Assembly: GCA_016432445.1 (NCBI GenBank)
Contig: CP066689.1
Coordinates: 810,001 to 842,000, forward strand
Length of the DNA stretch: 32,000 bases
Direction of reading: 5' to 3'
Source of the DNA: Candidatus Saccharimonadota bacterium
GTDB lineage: Bacteria; Patescibacteriota; Microgenomatia; UBA1406; GWC2-37-13
The notes under the pieces: generated by a model
Told to the model about the DNA's origin: nothing
The model's input: only the letters and a program-made list of their open reading frames with translations
Database searches by the model: none
Shown: piece after piece, positions 24,150 to 32,000 of the stretch
Position numbering within the stretch: position 1 is the first letter of the stretch
Layout: the number at the start of each line of letters is the position of its first letter
Translations under genes and position numbers: made by a program

Positions 24150-25402
24150 TAAACTATATGCAAACTAGGAATTATTATTATAAACTGTCCACCTCTTTCT
24201 CTATACTTCGACTGCTTATTTAGTATCTCATCTGCAAAATTCCAGGCTAAAAGAAGAACATAATCGGGAGTTTCTTTTTCCAATCTCGACTCCGGATATA
24301 TGGGAATATGATTCCCCGGGGTATATCTGCCTTGCTTATAAGAAATAGAGTCAACTATGTAATCAAGCATCTCCTTGGTTATCCCGCAGTAACTCATAAG
24401 AACATTACCTTTAGCTGATGCCCCATATCCAATAATTTTTTTTCCTTCATCACGAAATTTTTTTATTAAATCTACTAATTCTTTTTTAATTGTCTTAACT
24501 TCACGGGCAAAATTCTCATAGGTACTTTTGTGAGTAAGCTTTTTTAATTTTTCTTCCTTAATAAATTCCTTAACTTTATTTGAGGATTTATATTTAGAAT
24601 GTTTTTTGGCTACGTATACTCTTATTGAACCCCCATGAACAGGTATTTTCCTAACATCTATTATTTTTAATCCATGAGTGGAAAATAATTTCAATAAGGG
24701 AGTAATAGCGAAATATGACAGATGTTCATGATAAACCGTATCGAACTCTTTTTTCTCAAGAAGATCAACTAAATAGGGGAACTCCGCAATAAAAACTCCA
24801 TTTTTATCAAGTAAAAGACTCATTCCTTTACAAAGATCGTTTAAATTATCAATATGAGCGACTACATTAGTGGCAGTAATAACTGCCGCATTTCCTATAT
24901 CTTTTTTAATCTTCCTTGCCAAACTGGATGTAAAAAAGTCATCAACCGTATCTATTCCTTTTAATCTGGCCACTTGTACCAGATTGGTAGCCGGGTCAAC
25001 TCCTAAAACTTTTACTTCTCTCTCTTTAAAATATCCAAGAAGTGCACCATCATTGCTACCAATATCAATAACTAAATCTTTGGAGGAAAGTTCATATGTT
25101 TTTATCAAATCTTGAGCAAAGGTTTTAAAGTGGGAAAGCATTGTCGTTGATGTTGAAGGAATGTAAAGATAATTCTTAAACATAATTTTTGCCGGAACAA
25201 CATGCGAAAGCTGAACCAACCAGCATGATTCACAAACACAAATTTCCAAAGGATAATAATCTTCTTCTTGCTTTAATTGCTCTTGCCTTAAAAAACTGTT
25301 TGGCGCCGGCATCGAACCTAAAGATAAAAATTTATGCAATCTATCTGATCCACACAATCTGCATTTTTTTATTCTAAATTTACTAAAAGTTTTATTTCTC
25401 AT
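24149..25402 (-). CDS. NDP-sugar C-methyltransferase family protein (TylCIII-type), paralog B.
   Basis: CRLC...CVCESC zinc-binding N-domain, IDIGSNDG, YHEHLSYFA, HGGSIRVYV and GYGASAKGNVLMSY. Confidence 0.85.
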   Translation of the reverse strand: MRNKTFSKFRIKKCRLCGSDRLHKFLSLGSMPAPNSFLRQEQLKQEEDYYPLEICVCESCWLVQLSHVVPAKIMFKNYLYIPSTSTTMLSHFKTFAQDLIKTYELSSKDLVIDIGSNDGALLGYFKEREVKVLGVDPATNLVQVARLKGIDTVDDFFTSSLARKIKKDIGNAAVITATNVVAHIDNLNDLCKGMSLLLDKNGVFIAEFPYLVDLLEKKEFDTVYHEHLSYFAITPLLKLFSTHGLKIIDVRKIPVHGGSIRVYVAKKHSKYKSSNKVKEFIKEEKLKKLTHKSTYENFAREVKTIKKELVDLIKKFRDEGKKIIGYGASAKGNVLMSYCGITKEMLDYIVDSISYKQGRYTPGNHIPIYPESRLEKETPDYVLLLAWNFADEILNKQSKYRERGGQFIIIIPSLHIV

Positions 25403-25473
25403 TCTTTAATCTGTTTTAAAAAATCACTAATACTTTCCGCCATAAAAGAAATTTCTTTATCCCCTTTATCCAT
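25399..25473 (-). other. 24-codon small ORF (MDKGDKEISFMAESISDFLKQIKE) whose TGA overlaps the ATG of the C-methyltransferase (ATGA).
   Basis: Read manually. Its ATG lies 8 nt downstream of the minus-strand TATAAT of the palindromic motif. I recognise no homology, so it may be non-functional. Confidence 0.25.
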
Positions 25474-25476
25474 AGA

Positions 25477-25492
25477 TTGATATTATATAATA
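25477..25492. promoter_or_regulatory. Second copy of TTGATATTATATAATA (palindromic core ATTATATAAT).
   Basis: Identical to 20848-20863. It sits between the divergent C-methyltransferase and asnB blocks. A third partial copy, TTGATATTAT, is at 25570-25579. Confidence 0.45.
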
Positions 25493-25594
25493 CTTAAGAT
25501 TTTCTAAAAAATAAACATTGTTCATTATACACAAAGGTACCTAATGTATAATATAAAGATTCAGAGATTTTGATATTATTAAACTTAAAATGAA

Positions 25595-25666
25595 ATGAAA
25601 AAAATTGATTTAAAAAAGTGTAAAATATTCATAGCAGGCGGAACTGATATTACAAAAATATCATAA
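25595..25666 (+). other. 23-codon ORF (MKKIDLKKCKIFIAGGTDITKIS) ending 10 nt before the asnB ATG. It could be a uORF or the remnant of an SDR N-terminus.
   Basis: Read manually. KIFIAGGT resembles the start of an SDR Rossmann motif (xIxxTGGxGxxG) but breaks off before the glycine-rich motif is complete. Confidence 0.2.
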
Positions 25667-25676
25667 ACAAAAAATA

Positions 25677-27434
25677 ATGTGCGGAATATTTGGTATAATT
25701 GGTAACCACTCCAAAATAAACATAAAGGAAGCATTAAATGCTATCAAACATCGGGGGCCAGATGATGAAGGAGAATACAGTGATGAAAATGTTAAACTAG
25801 GCTTTCGCAGATTAAGCATTATTGATCTTTCCCCTAAAGGCCATCAACCCATGTCCAATGAAGACTCCACTGTCTGGATTGTTTTTAACGGAGAAATTTA
25901 TAATTACCAGGAAATTAAAAAAGAACTTATAGGAAAACATAATTTTAAATCCAGTACCGATACTGAAGTACTTATTCATGGCTATGAACAATGGGGGATT
26001 GATGGTCTTCTTAATCGCATTAACGGTATGTTTGCTTTTTGCCTTTATGATAAATCAAACAAAGAAGCTTATCTTGTAAGAGACAGAATCGGAAAAAGAC
26101 CATTATATTACTTTAAATCAAATCGAAGACTCACTTTCTCTTCCGAGGTTAAAGCTTTTTTTTCTTTAAATTATTTTAAATATGAAATAGATGAACAATC
26201 TTTTAAAATGTGGATGGGCTTTCCTTATTTACCTGATAATGAAAAAACTCTTATTAAAAATGTCTACAAAGTTCCGCCCGGAAGCTATTTAAAGATTAAA
26301 CTTAATGGCAACGTCTCACTTAATAAATACTGGCAAATAAAAGAAAATAAGATTGATCAGCCATTTGAAGATATAAGAAATGATCTTGAGAAGATTCTTA
26401 TTGACTCAGTAACAAAACGCTTAATTGCTGATGTTCCAGTTGGAGTTCTATTATCAGGTGGCCTTGATTCTTCTTTAATTACTGCAATTGCCAGCAAATA
26501 CTCTAAAAATAAAATTAAAACAGTCAATATATCTTTCCCAGGTTCGGGAATTGATGAAAGAAAATACGCTGAGGAAGTGGCCAACCACTGTAATACAAAT
26601 CACATTGCCTTAACTTTAGATGTCAAAGACATTTATAATCAGTTTAAGCTCAACATTGGAATTTATGATGATCTTTCAACTGTAGATAGCGGCCTCTTCA
26701 GTACCTACTTATTATCAAAAAAAATTAGAGAAATAGGTGTAAAAGTAATCTTAGTCGGAGAAGGAGCTGATGAAATATTTGCAGGCTATACCTGGTTTCA
26801 GCTTAGTCAGTATCCCCTCCGCTTTCTGCCTGACAACATAAAAGCCTGGTTTTATTACTACGCAATAATGCGGAATCTGCCAAATAAGAAATTCTTTGAT
26901 TACTCTAATATCCTTTTAAATAAAATGAATGAGACCTCAGGCAGTTTTCTTAAAAAAATACAGCGATACGAAATAGATTATTCATTGCCAAATCATTACT
27001 GCATGAAGGTTGATAAAGGATCAATGGCCGCCTCAGTTGAAGCAAGGGCTCCTTATATGGATCATCGCATTGCCGAGTTTGCTGCAAATATAAACGACAA
27101 ATATCTATTAAACTCATCAATCTATAATCCTAAAGTTTCTAACGAAAAATTCATCTTGAGGCAGATTGCTAAAGATTATCTTCCCCCCTCAATCGCTCAA
27201 CGGAAAAAACGCGGAGGAATGATTCCACTTTATAATTTACTAAATAGAGGATTAACTGAAGATAAGCAACTGATATTGTCCAATAATTATCTATTAAGAT
27301 TCTATGGAAAAGAATATTTATCTGAATTAATTGAAACTAAACCGACTTTATTCATATCCAAATGGCAAAGGGAATGGATTTTGTGGAAATGTCTTGTCTT
27401 TTCATTGTGGCAGAATCACTTTAAAAATTTATGA
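25677..27434 (+). CDS. asnB: Asparagine synthase (glutamine-hydrolysing) family amidotransferase.
   Basis: N-terminal MCGI (Cys2 Ntn nucleophile), RGPDD, and the LLSGGLDSS PP-loop in the synthetase domain. 585 aa. Confidence 0.88.
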   Translation: MCGIFGIIGNHSKINIKEALNAIKHRGPDDEGEYSDENVKLGFRRLSIIDLSPKGHQPMSNEDSTVWIVFNGEIYNYQEIKKELIGKHNFKSSTDTEVLIHGYEQWGIDGLLNRINGMFAFCLYDKSNKEAYLVRDRIGKRPLYYFKSNRRLTFSSEVKAFFSLNYFKYEIDEQSFKMWMGFPYLPDNEKTLIKNVYKVPPGSYLKIKLNGNVSLNKYWQIKENKIDQPFEDIRNDLEKILIDSVTKRLIADVPVGVLLSGGLDSSLITAIASKYSKNKIKTVNISFPGSGIDERKYAEEVANHCNTNHIALTLDVKDIYNQFKLNIGIYDDLSTVDSGLFSTYLLSKKIREIGVKVILVGEGADEIFAGYTWFQLSQYPLRFLPDNIKAWFYYYAIMRNLPNKKFFDYSNILLNKMNETSGSFLKKIQRYEIDYSLPNHYCMKVDKGSMAASVEARAPYMDHRIAEFAANINDKYLLNSSIYNPKVSNEKFILRQIAKDYLPPSIAQRKKRGGMIPLYNLLNRGLTEDKQLILSNNYLLRFYGKEYLSELIETKPTLFISKWQREWILWKCLVFSLWQNHFKNL

Positions 27435-28552
27435 AAAACAAAAAAGTTCTTTTCATAATTCACAGAATATATTTTAATGATCAACCAAAGCTTGGGGGAG
27501 TTGACAGAATAATTGATTTTTTAAAAAAAAATAATGAGACTACAACTATAGAGCACCCTTTTGAAAAAATTAATCATCCCTCAGTCTTTACATCAAAAGT
27601 AAAAAAACTGACTCATAACTCTGTATTAAAACCACCCTTAATTTGGTTTGAAGAATTTGTATTTAATGTATACTGGATTTTAAAAAATAAGAATGTGTAT
27701 GATCTTGCTGTTGCTTCTGATCCTTTAAATTATTTTTCCTGCCTGATTTTAAAACTTTTAAAGAAAGTTAATAAAACTCAGTTTCATTCAACTGATTATT
27801 CTCCCAAAAGATTCAATAATCTTTTGTTGGATATTTTTTATCATTTTCTCTATAACCTTAGCGTAAAAAATGCTGATATCATAACTGTGACAAGCACTCG
27901 AATGCATAAAGTAGTTCAAGAAAAATTAGATAAAGTAAACATTCATAAAGTTTTCTTATTACCAAACTCTCCTTACTTTTCATTTATCCCGAAAACAAAC
28001 ATAAATAAAAAAAATCCTCTAGATTTAGTTATGCTTATTGGCAGGTGGGGAGACCAGATTAATACTGAAAATATTATTAATGGACTCAAACTTTTAAAAA
28101 AGGATTATCCAAATATCAGGCTTAATATTATTGGCCATACTGATAACTCTTATATTAAATTATTCAAGGAAAATAAACTGGATAAGAATATTATTCTTTA
28201 CGGTAGCCTTCCCTATGATAAAGCCATGGAGAAGATGTCTAATTGCTATATCGGTATAACTTCATACAGCGAAACTAATTCTTATGTCCATTTTGCCGAC
28301 TCTTTAAAAATTAGAGAATATGCTGCCGCCGGCTTACCTACAGTCTGCGATAGTGTCTATGGCACCTCTGAAGAAGTAATAGATTATGAATCAGGAGATG
28401 TATATAATACAAGTCTGGAGATGTATGAAAAGATAAAAAAACTGATAAAAGATTTTAAGCTTTATAAAGAAAAAAGCGATAACGCTATAAAATGGGCCCA
28501 AAGAATGGATAAACAAAAATTGTTAAATAATCTTTACGAAAAATATGATTAA
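27431..28552 (+). CDS. GT-B glycosyltransferase (GT4-like).
   Basis: ATGA overlap with asnB. The C-terminal domain shows LNIIGH...LKIREYAAAGLPTVCDSVYGTSEEV. Confidence 0.68.
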   Translation: MKNKKVLFIIHRIYFNDQPKLGGVDRIIDFLKKNNETTTIEHPFEKINHPSVFTSKVKKLTHNSVLKPPLIWFEEFVFNVYWILKNKNVYDLAVASDPLNYFSCLILKLLKKVNKTQFHSTDYSPKRFNNLLLDIFYHFLYNLSVKNADIITVTSTRMHKVVQEKLDKVNIHKVFLLPNSPYFSFIPKTNINKKNPLDLVMLIGRWGDQINTENIINGLKLLKKDYPNIRLNIIGHTDNSYIKLFKENKLDKNIILYGSLPYDKAMEKMSNCYIGITSYSETNSYVHFADSLKIREYAAAGLPTVCDSVYGTSEEVIDYESGDVYNTSLEMYEKIKKLIKDFKLYKEKSDNAIKWAQRMDKQKLLNNLYEKYD

Positions 28553-29165
28553 GGACAATCGTATTAACGCAATTTTAGATTTTATACCTTCGAACAAAGT
28601 TATTCTAGACATTGGTTGTGCTCAAAACCCGGAAATTCATTTGGAGATAGCCAAAAAAAGTAAAAAGACAGTAGGAATTGATCTTAATAAAAAAGGAATT
28701 AACGATCTCAAAAAAAAAGGTTTAGAAGCTTATGAGATGAGTGCTGAAGAAATAAATCTTAAATATAAGTTTGATTATATTATCGCAGGCGAACTTATCG
28801 AACATCTAAACAATCCTGGTCTTTTTATTGAAGGGATGATAAAACATCTTAAGCCTGATGGGAAAATCATCATGACTACTCCTAATATTTCATCAATCTT
28901 ACTTTATACATTGATAGTTTTATTTGACAAGACTCAGGATCCGACTCACATCTTTTATTTTGATAAAAAAAATCTTGAAGCCTTTGTTAGCAGATATAAT
29001 TTAAAAATAAAAATCACTAAGTACATACCTCCTGAGATTAAATTCCTCGGTGATAGTATTCTTTTTAAAATAATCTTTTTTATTTCTACATTAATTGCTA
29101 ATATTGGTTTTAAAATTAATAATAGATTATTCGGATCTTATTTACTGGTTGTTTTAGAAAAATAA
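28545..29165 (+). CDS. Class I SAM-dependent methyltransferase (Methyltransf_11/23-like).
   Basis: ILDIGCAQN (motif I), FDYIIAGELIEHL and LKPDGKIIMTTPN. 8-nt overlap with the upstream GT. Confidence 0.72.
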   Translation: MIKDNRINAILDFIPSNKVILDIGCAQNPEIHLEIAKKSKKTVGIDLNKKGINDLKKKGLEAYEMSAEEINLKYKFDYIIAGELIEHLNNPGLFIEGMIKHLKPDGKIIMTTPNISSILLYTLIVLFDKTQDPTHIFYFDKKNLEAFVSRYNLKIKITKYIPPEIKFLGDSILFKIIFFISTLIANIGFKINNRLFGSYLLVVLEK

Positions 29166-29166
29166 T

Positions 29167-29268
29167 ATGAATCATGAACTTTTTACGTTACTTTGCTGCT
29201 CCGAGTGCAAACGTAGTTTGCTTAAAGTAATTAATTATTTTCAAAGCTCTTCCTGCAAGAAAAAATAA
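29167..29268 (+). pseudogene. 33-codon Trm112-like zinc-ribbon fragment (MNHELFTLLCCSECKRSLLKVINYFQSSSCKKK*), probably the 5' remnant of a zinc-ribbon/methyltransferase gene.
   Basis: Read manually. LLxCxxCKxxL...~15 aa...C matches the first knuckle and the start of the second knuckle of Trm112/UPF0434-type ribbons. The ORF stops exactly where the family-typical YPIxDGIP would follow, and its stop abuts the stop of the convergent SDR gene (29268|29269). Confidence 0.35.
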
Positions 29269-30345
29269 TTAAGAAGGCTTCTGATTAAGTTGTTCACTAT
29301 TCCAGTCAAGCATTTTTTTAATGCCGGAATTGAGAGAAACTGAATTTGATTCTCCAAACTCTTTAGTATATTTTGAAATATCAAGCTTAACAACCTGAGG
29401 ATCGGTTCCTATATGTAGTAATTTAGCTTTATCCTTAGGTAATCTTACCGCCACATGGTAATGTGAGGCAACTTCTTCAGCTAATTTTCTAATACTCACG
29501 GTATCTTTACCGCCAACGTTATATACAATATCTTTACCCCAGATGAGAATATTCAAAAGCATTTTGACAGCATCAGCGATATAGCCAAAGGTTTTAACAG
29601 CAGTTCCTTTATCCAATAAAGTAATCGATGATTCTCGAACTGCCTTTCTTATAAAATCGCCAAGTACTCGTTTATCATTAATTGATATACCTGGACCGTA
29701 AATATGAGAAATCCTGGCGATGAAAGTCATTAAGTTATAGTCTCGTCTAAAAACTGAACATAGTACTTCTCCTAACCTTTTAGATTCAGAATAAACAGCT
29801 CTTGGACCAAAAACCGAGCAATTACCGTTATAGGATTCAGAAACCGGTATTTTATCTTCTGGTATCTCACCATATGTTTCGGCTGAACTGAAAAATAAAA
29901 AGGATGTATTATTTTTCCTTGCTAACTCCAGTAATCTTTTTGTTGTGTTTACATTAAGCTCAATCGTCTCTAAACTTCTTTCGATAAATTTTTGAGGCTG
30001 TGCATAACAGGCAGCATGAATAATATAGTTAATCGTGTGCTTAAAATTAAAATCTTTGGATAAATCTTTTTTTATTGGGATGATATTTTTGTCCAAAGAG
30101 GATAAAGTCTTAATATCTTGGTTAGGACTATGCAAACTTAGGCAATATAAAGTAGTATTGTAACCTTTCTTTTTATTTAGAGAATAGATAATATGAGCAA
30201 TATAGCGGCCAAAAAAACCGTTTGAACCTGTAAGTAGTATTTTTTTTCCCTTAAACGGTTTTAGGTTAATCGATTTAATAATATTTAAACAATCTTCAAT
30301 AACTACTGAACTTAATGGCAATTCTTTTTTAATCCTTTTATTCAT
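29269..30345 (-). CDS. NAD(P)-dependent epimerase/dehydratase/reductase (extended SDR).
   Basis: ILLTGSNGFFGRYI glycine-rich motif and YSESK (YxxxK). It starts 4 nt downstream of the ThDP enzyme gene on the same strand. Confidence 0.82.
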   Translation of the reverse strand: MNKRIKKELPLSSVVIEDCLNIIKSINLKPFKGKKILLTGSNGFFGRYIAHIIYSLNKKKGYNTTLYCLSLHSPNQDIKTLSSLDKNIIPIKKDLSKDFNFKHTINYIIHAACYAQPQKFIERSLETIELNVNTTKRLLELARKNNTSFLFFSSAETYGEIPEDKIPVSESYNGNCSVFGPRAVYSESKRLGEVLCSVFRRDYNLMTFIARISHIYGPGISINDKRVLGDFIRKAVRESSITLLDKGTAVKTFGYIADAVKMLLNILIWGKDIVYNVGGKDTVSIRKLAEEVASHYHVAVRLPKDKAKLLHIGTDPQVVKLDISKYTKEFGESNSVSLNSGIKKMLDWNSEQLNQKPS

Positions 30346-30349
30346 ATCT

Positions 30350-31999
30350 TTAAGGCTGTATATTTTGGATTGCTGCTTTATTTACTAAAGGTTTGATATA
30401 AAGATTACTAAATAATTCTTTTCTATCTAGATAAGGATATTGATCTTCAATACCTGTATTCCATCCTAATCTAGGAATTAATATTGTATTAATATCAGTT
30501 TTAACGTCACAGATAACAGGTCCTTTATAGCTTAATACTTTTTTTATTTTTCTTTTCGCTTCAGAATAATTCTTAATGATTTCAGTATGTATTCCATAGG
30601 CTTGAGCAACTTTAGAAAAGTCAGGGTGAGTATAACCCCCTTTTAAATCTGATACAAAGTGTCGAAAATTTAGATAAAGATCTTGAAACTGTTTGATAAT
30701 ACCATAAGTTTCATTATTTAAAATGAATACTTTTACGGGAATATTATATGCCTTCATTGTCTGAAGCTCTTGCATATTAATCTGCATTCCGCCATCTCCT
30801 ATGGTACAAATTACATTTTTTGTTTTACTTTTTTTGGCAAAATAAGCACCCAATGATGCAGCATAGGAATAGCCCATGGGAGAATGTGCCCACGATGTTA
30901 TGATCTGCTGACCTTTTTTTATCTTAAAAGCCTGTGCTAAATGAACGATATTACCTCCGCAATCACCAACAATAACATCATTAGGTTCCAAAATCTCAGA
31001 TAACAATTCCATAAAAGCATAACCATTTAATCTTGATTTGGCTTTTTTGTATTCAGGTAAAACTACCGGATATTTTTTCTGCCACTCCTTGGTTTTTGCC
31101 AGCCAACTTTCAAATTTATTTATTTTATTCTTTCCAAGGCTTGATTTTAAAATCGCTATAAAGTCTCTTAAATCAGCATGGATATTGACATGACCCTTAA
31201 CCTGCTGATGATTTAGTTCATCAGAATCTATATCAATAATATATCTTTTTGCTTCTCTAGCAAAGCTGTCAACAAGGCCGCCTGTTTGGCGCCCATCATG
31301 CCTTGAACCTAAAGAGAGCAAAAGATCAGCATTTTGAAAGGTTAAGTTTGCTCCTCTTTGCCCATAGGTGCCGATTCTCCCTCGATACAAAAGGTACTCC
31401 TCATCAAGCACATCTATCGCTGCCCATGTCAAAACAACTGGAACTTTTAAAGTTTTAAGCAGCTCTTTTAATTCTTTAATCATTTTAGAATGGATAATAC
31501 CTCCTCCAACTAAAACCACTGGTCTTTGTGCTTTTTGAAGATCCTTTAAATAAACCTGTATTTTTTCTTTTACACTTTCTTTTGTCTCAGTATCCATTTT
31601 TATTTTTTCTTTAAATGAAATCAGTTTCTTCTCGTCGACCTCAGCTATCTGGATATCAGCAGGCAAATCTATCAAAACAGGGCCCGGTCTTCCAGATTTG
31701 GCGATATGAACAGCTTTCTCAAGCTCATACCTTATCATTTTAGGATCTTTGATCATTACTGCGTATTTAGTTATTGTTTTAACAATACTCACAACATCTG
31801 TTTCTTGAAATCCAACCTGTTTAACCGGCAAATTTCCTTTTGTGAATTGGCTATGTACCTGACCCGTAATCGATAACGTTGGAATAGAATCAAACCAAGA
31901 GCAGCAGATACCTGTGATAAGATTAGTTGCCCCAGGGCCGCTGGTTGTAATAGCTACTCCAAGATTACCACTTACTCTAGCATAAGCATCTGCGGCCAT
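30350..31999 (-). CDS. Thiamine-diphosphate-dependent enzyme, acetolactate synthase large-subunit-like. Partial: roughly 50-60 N-terminal codons lie beyond the right edge.
   Basis: AADAYARVSGNLGVAITTSGPGATNLITGI (Pyr domain), a central domain, and the ThDP-binding motif GDGGMQINMQELQTMKAYNIPVKVFILNNETYG (GDG-x24-NN). The leading M in the track is an internal Met. Confidence 0.85.
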   Translation of the reverse strand: MAADAYARVSGNLGVAITTSGPGATNLITGICCSWFDSIPTLSITGQVHSQFTKGNLPVKQVGFQETDVVSIVKTITKYAVMIKDPKMIRYELEKAVHIAKSGRPGPVLIDLPADIQIAEVDEKKLISFKEKIKMDTETKESVKEKIQVYLKDLQKAQRPVVLVGGGIIHSKMIKELKELLKTLKVPVVLTWAAIDVLDEEYLLYRGRIGTYGQRGANLTFQNADLLLSLGSRHDGRQTGGLVDSFAREAKRYIIDIDSDELNHQQVKGHVNIHADLRDFIAILKSSLGKNKINKFESWLAKTKEWQKKYPVVLPEYKKAKSRLNGYAFMELLSEILEPNDVIVGDCGGNIVHLAQAFKIKKGQQIITSWAHSPMGYSYAASLGAYFAKKSKTKNVICTIGDGGMQINMQELQTMKAYNIPVKVFILNNETYGIIKQFQDLYLNFRHFVSDLKGGYTHPDFSKVAQAYGIHTEIIKNYSEAKRKIKKVLSYKGPVICDVKTDINTILIPRLGWNTGIEDQYPYLDRKELFSNLYIKPLVNKAAIQNIQP

Positions 32000-32000
32000 T

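Noticed and set aside
24870-25377. Plus-strand ORFs 24870-25115 and 25189-25377 (TTG start) inside C-methyltransferase B.
   Set aside because: Antisense to a gene with strong motifs, and one relies on a TTG start.
26357-26584. Antisense 75-aa ORF inside asnB.
   Set aside because: Shadow ORF opposite the PP-loop region.
12575-29165. Possibility that the five SAM methyltransferases are part of a restriction-modification or other defence system.
   Set aside because: None shows DNA-MTase motifs (DPPY/NPPY or the PCQ/ENV blocks). All have small-molecule/sugar MTase architecture (TylCIII-type, CmcI-type, Methyltransf_11/23-like) and sit among glycosyltransferases. No nuclease, helicase or ATPase partner is present.
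1-32000. CRISPR arrays, tRNA/rRNA/tmRNA genes, transposases/integrases/IS ends, prophage genes.
   Set aside because: I found no regularly spaced direct repeats of 24-40 nt. Intergenic space totals under 1 kb, and none of it shows cloverleaf-type features such as a GTTCRANYC T-loop. No ORF has DDE, tyrosine- or serine-recombinase motifs that I can recognise.

Overview
AT-rich bacterial window. It uses the standard genetic code (TGA acts as a stop inside ATGA gene overlaps), and lepA places it in Bacteria. The compaction and gene content suggest an uncultivated, possibly CPR/Patescibacteria-like lineage, but that is inference only. The left ~4.3 kb holds housekeeping-type genes: a partial lepA that is missing from the supplied ORF track, a hypothetical protein, a GDE-type (alpha/alpha)6 glycosidase, and gpsA. 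From ~4.4 kb to the right edge (>27 kb) lies one continuous glycan biosynthesis and modification island split into 8 alternating strand blocks. It encodes a Wzx-like flippase, 10 GT-A/GT-B glycosyltransferases, and one TMTC/PMT-like GT-C with TPR repeats. It also encodes 5 SAM methyltransferases: two diverged TylCIII-type sugar C-methyltransferases, one CmcI-type, and two small class I enzymes. The remaining genes are a B12-binding radical SAM enzyme translationally coupled to a YdjM-like membrane hydrolase, an LbH acetyltransferase, an AsnB-type amidotransferase, two extended SDRs, and a ThDP-dependent acetolactate-synthase-like enzyme that runs off the right edge. I found no rRNA, tRNA, CRISPR array, transposase, integrase or recognisable defence genes. 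Several structures are not explained by the ORF track. (1) A ~90-nt GC-rich nested hairpin sits in frame inside lepA. (2) Heptamer tandem repeats occur inside lepA and as a 58-nt inverted heptamer array in its leader, which also encodes a 17-codon uORF. (3) A recurring TTGATATWAT / ATTATA(T)AAT palindromic promoter-like motif marks the divergent junctions, with start codons only 6-13 nt downstream, suggesting leaderless or near-leaderless units. (4) Three sub-threshold small ORFs are present, including a truncated Trm112-like zinc ribbon. The most system-like hypothesis is a branched-chain, heavily methylated sugar pathway: a YerE/YerF-like ThDP enzyme + SDR pair, two C-methyltransferases and the B12-rSAM. 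All functional calls rest on motif recognition by eye; no searches were run.
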